Origin: Camelus dromedarius
Lineage: Eukaryota
Assembly (NCBI RefSeq): GCF_036321535.1
Contig: NC_087438.1
Coordinates: 11,472,001-11,536,000 of the forward strand
DNA: 64,000 bases
Direction of reading: 5' to 3'
Each line of letters begins with the position of its first letter. Within the stretch, counting starts at the first letter, position 1. The position numbers and the translations under genes are program-made. This document shows, in pieces, positions 63,191 through 64,000 of this stretch. A model generated the notes under the pieces. That model made no database searches, was not told where the DNA came from, and was given only the letters and a program-made list of their open reading frames with translations.

Positions 63191-64000
63191 AAATAACATT
63201 GGTTTAAAATGATACACAGAAGACAGAATTCTCCAATGCTTCACTTCCTTTGCCTTCCCCTGGACTCAGTGTTCTCCCCTCCCAGGGCCGCTTAAAGCAA
63301 AGAATAGCGTGAATTACGGGAGGCATGGGGGAATGGCAGGAGTGCCTTGATGCTCATCAAGGGGTCTTTCCAGTGTTTTTCCTGAAATAGAAGCCGTTCC
63401 AACTGCAGACTGCCTCGTGAGTGTTTGGGGACCCTGAGACAGTGTACCTTTTCAATTAAGGAATCGAGGTGTGTATTCACCTCATCGATTTTAGGAAGAC
63501 CACTGGCAATTACTAAAAGAAATACAGAGTGGAATTAGTTTCCTCACTGAAAGTGTTTCTTCTCTGGATATTATGCTAATACCTCTGATGGTGCTTTCTT
63601 TGCTTCCTTTATTTTTCTCTTTGCTGCTCATCTTTCTCCATTTCTAGTTCAGTTTTTTCCTTTTGCCTTTTCCTGACTTTCTTAGACAAGTCTCAATACC
63701 AGGTTTCTCTTAAAAACCCACATATTATTAAAAGAGAAAAAAAGAAGGAAGGAAAGGATGAGGGAAGAAAGAGGGAAGAAAGGAAAATTTCCTATTATCT
63801 GCCCAAATTTACCTCAGTGTCTAAACACTCCTGTTGTCATGAGTCCCAGCTGATTTGCATATTTGGATGTGTGAGGCTGAGACCTGCTCTGTGGAGAGAA
63901 CAGAGTTGTAAGCTGCTCCTGAGGTCTCCCTTAGCAGTATTCCCCCTTATTATTGATGTGCATTAAATTGGTATGAGAGCTAAATATTTTAGTAACCTCA

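Noticed and set aside
24400..64000. Additional protein-coding genes downstream (short ORFs such as 32473-32898, 41853-42218, 62514-62864), including exons of a neighbouring gene
   Set aside because: No recognisable domains, codon bias or consistent splice structure, and many overlap repeats. A weakly conserved or non-coding exon cannot be excluded by eye.

Overview
Mammalian genomic DNA, most likely camelid (inferred from a short tRNA-derived SINE of camelid type, camelid/suid-style L1 3' ends, and no ruminant Bov-tA/Bov-A2, pig PRE-1, cetacean CHR-2 or primate Alu). The window holds the 3' end of FBXL7 on the + strand: the end of an upstream intron, coding exon 13198-13809 (F-box plus first LRRs), a 7.16-kb intron, the last coding exon 20969-21705 (LRRs, stop) and a ~2.6-kb 3' UTR ending near AATAAA at 24306. 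About 40 kb of repeat-rich intergenic DNA follows (L1, L2, MIR, MaLR/ERVL LTRs, four ERV1 solo LTRs of one family, hAT and Tigger fossils, microsatellites). I found no convincing novel biological system, and nearly all short ORFs in the track look like noise. The most interesting items are an L2-embedded apparent orthologue of the human miR-887 hairpin in the last intron, a perfect 34-bp palindrome-containing minisatellite, three hAT elements stacked at one target site, and an LTR that splits a microsatellite. Repeat family names and comparisons with human sequences come from recalled consensus sequences, not from a search. Boundaries of old repeats are approximate.
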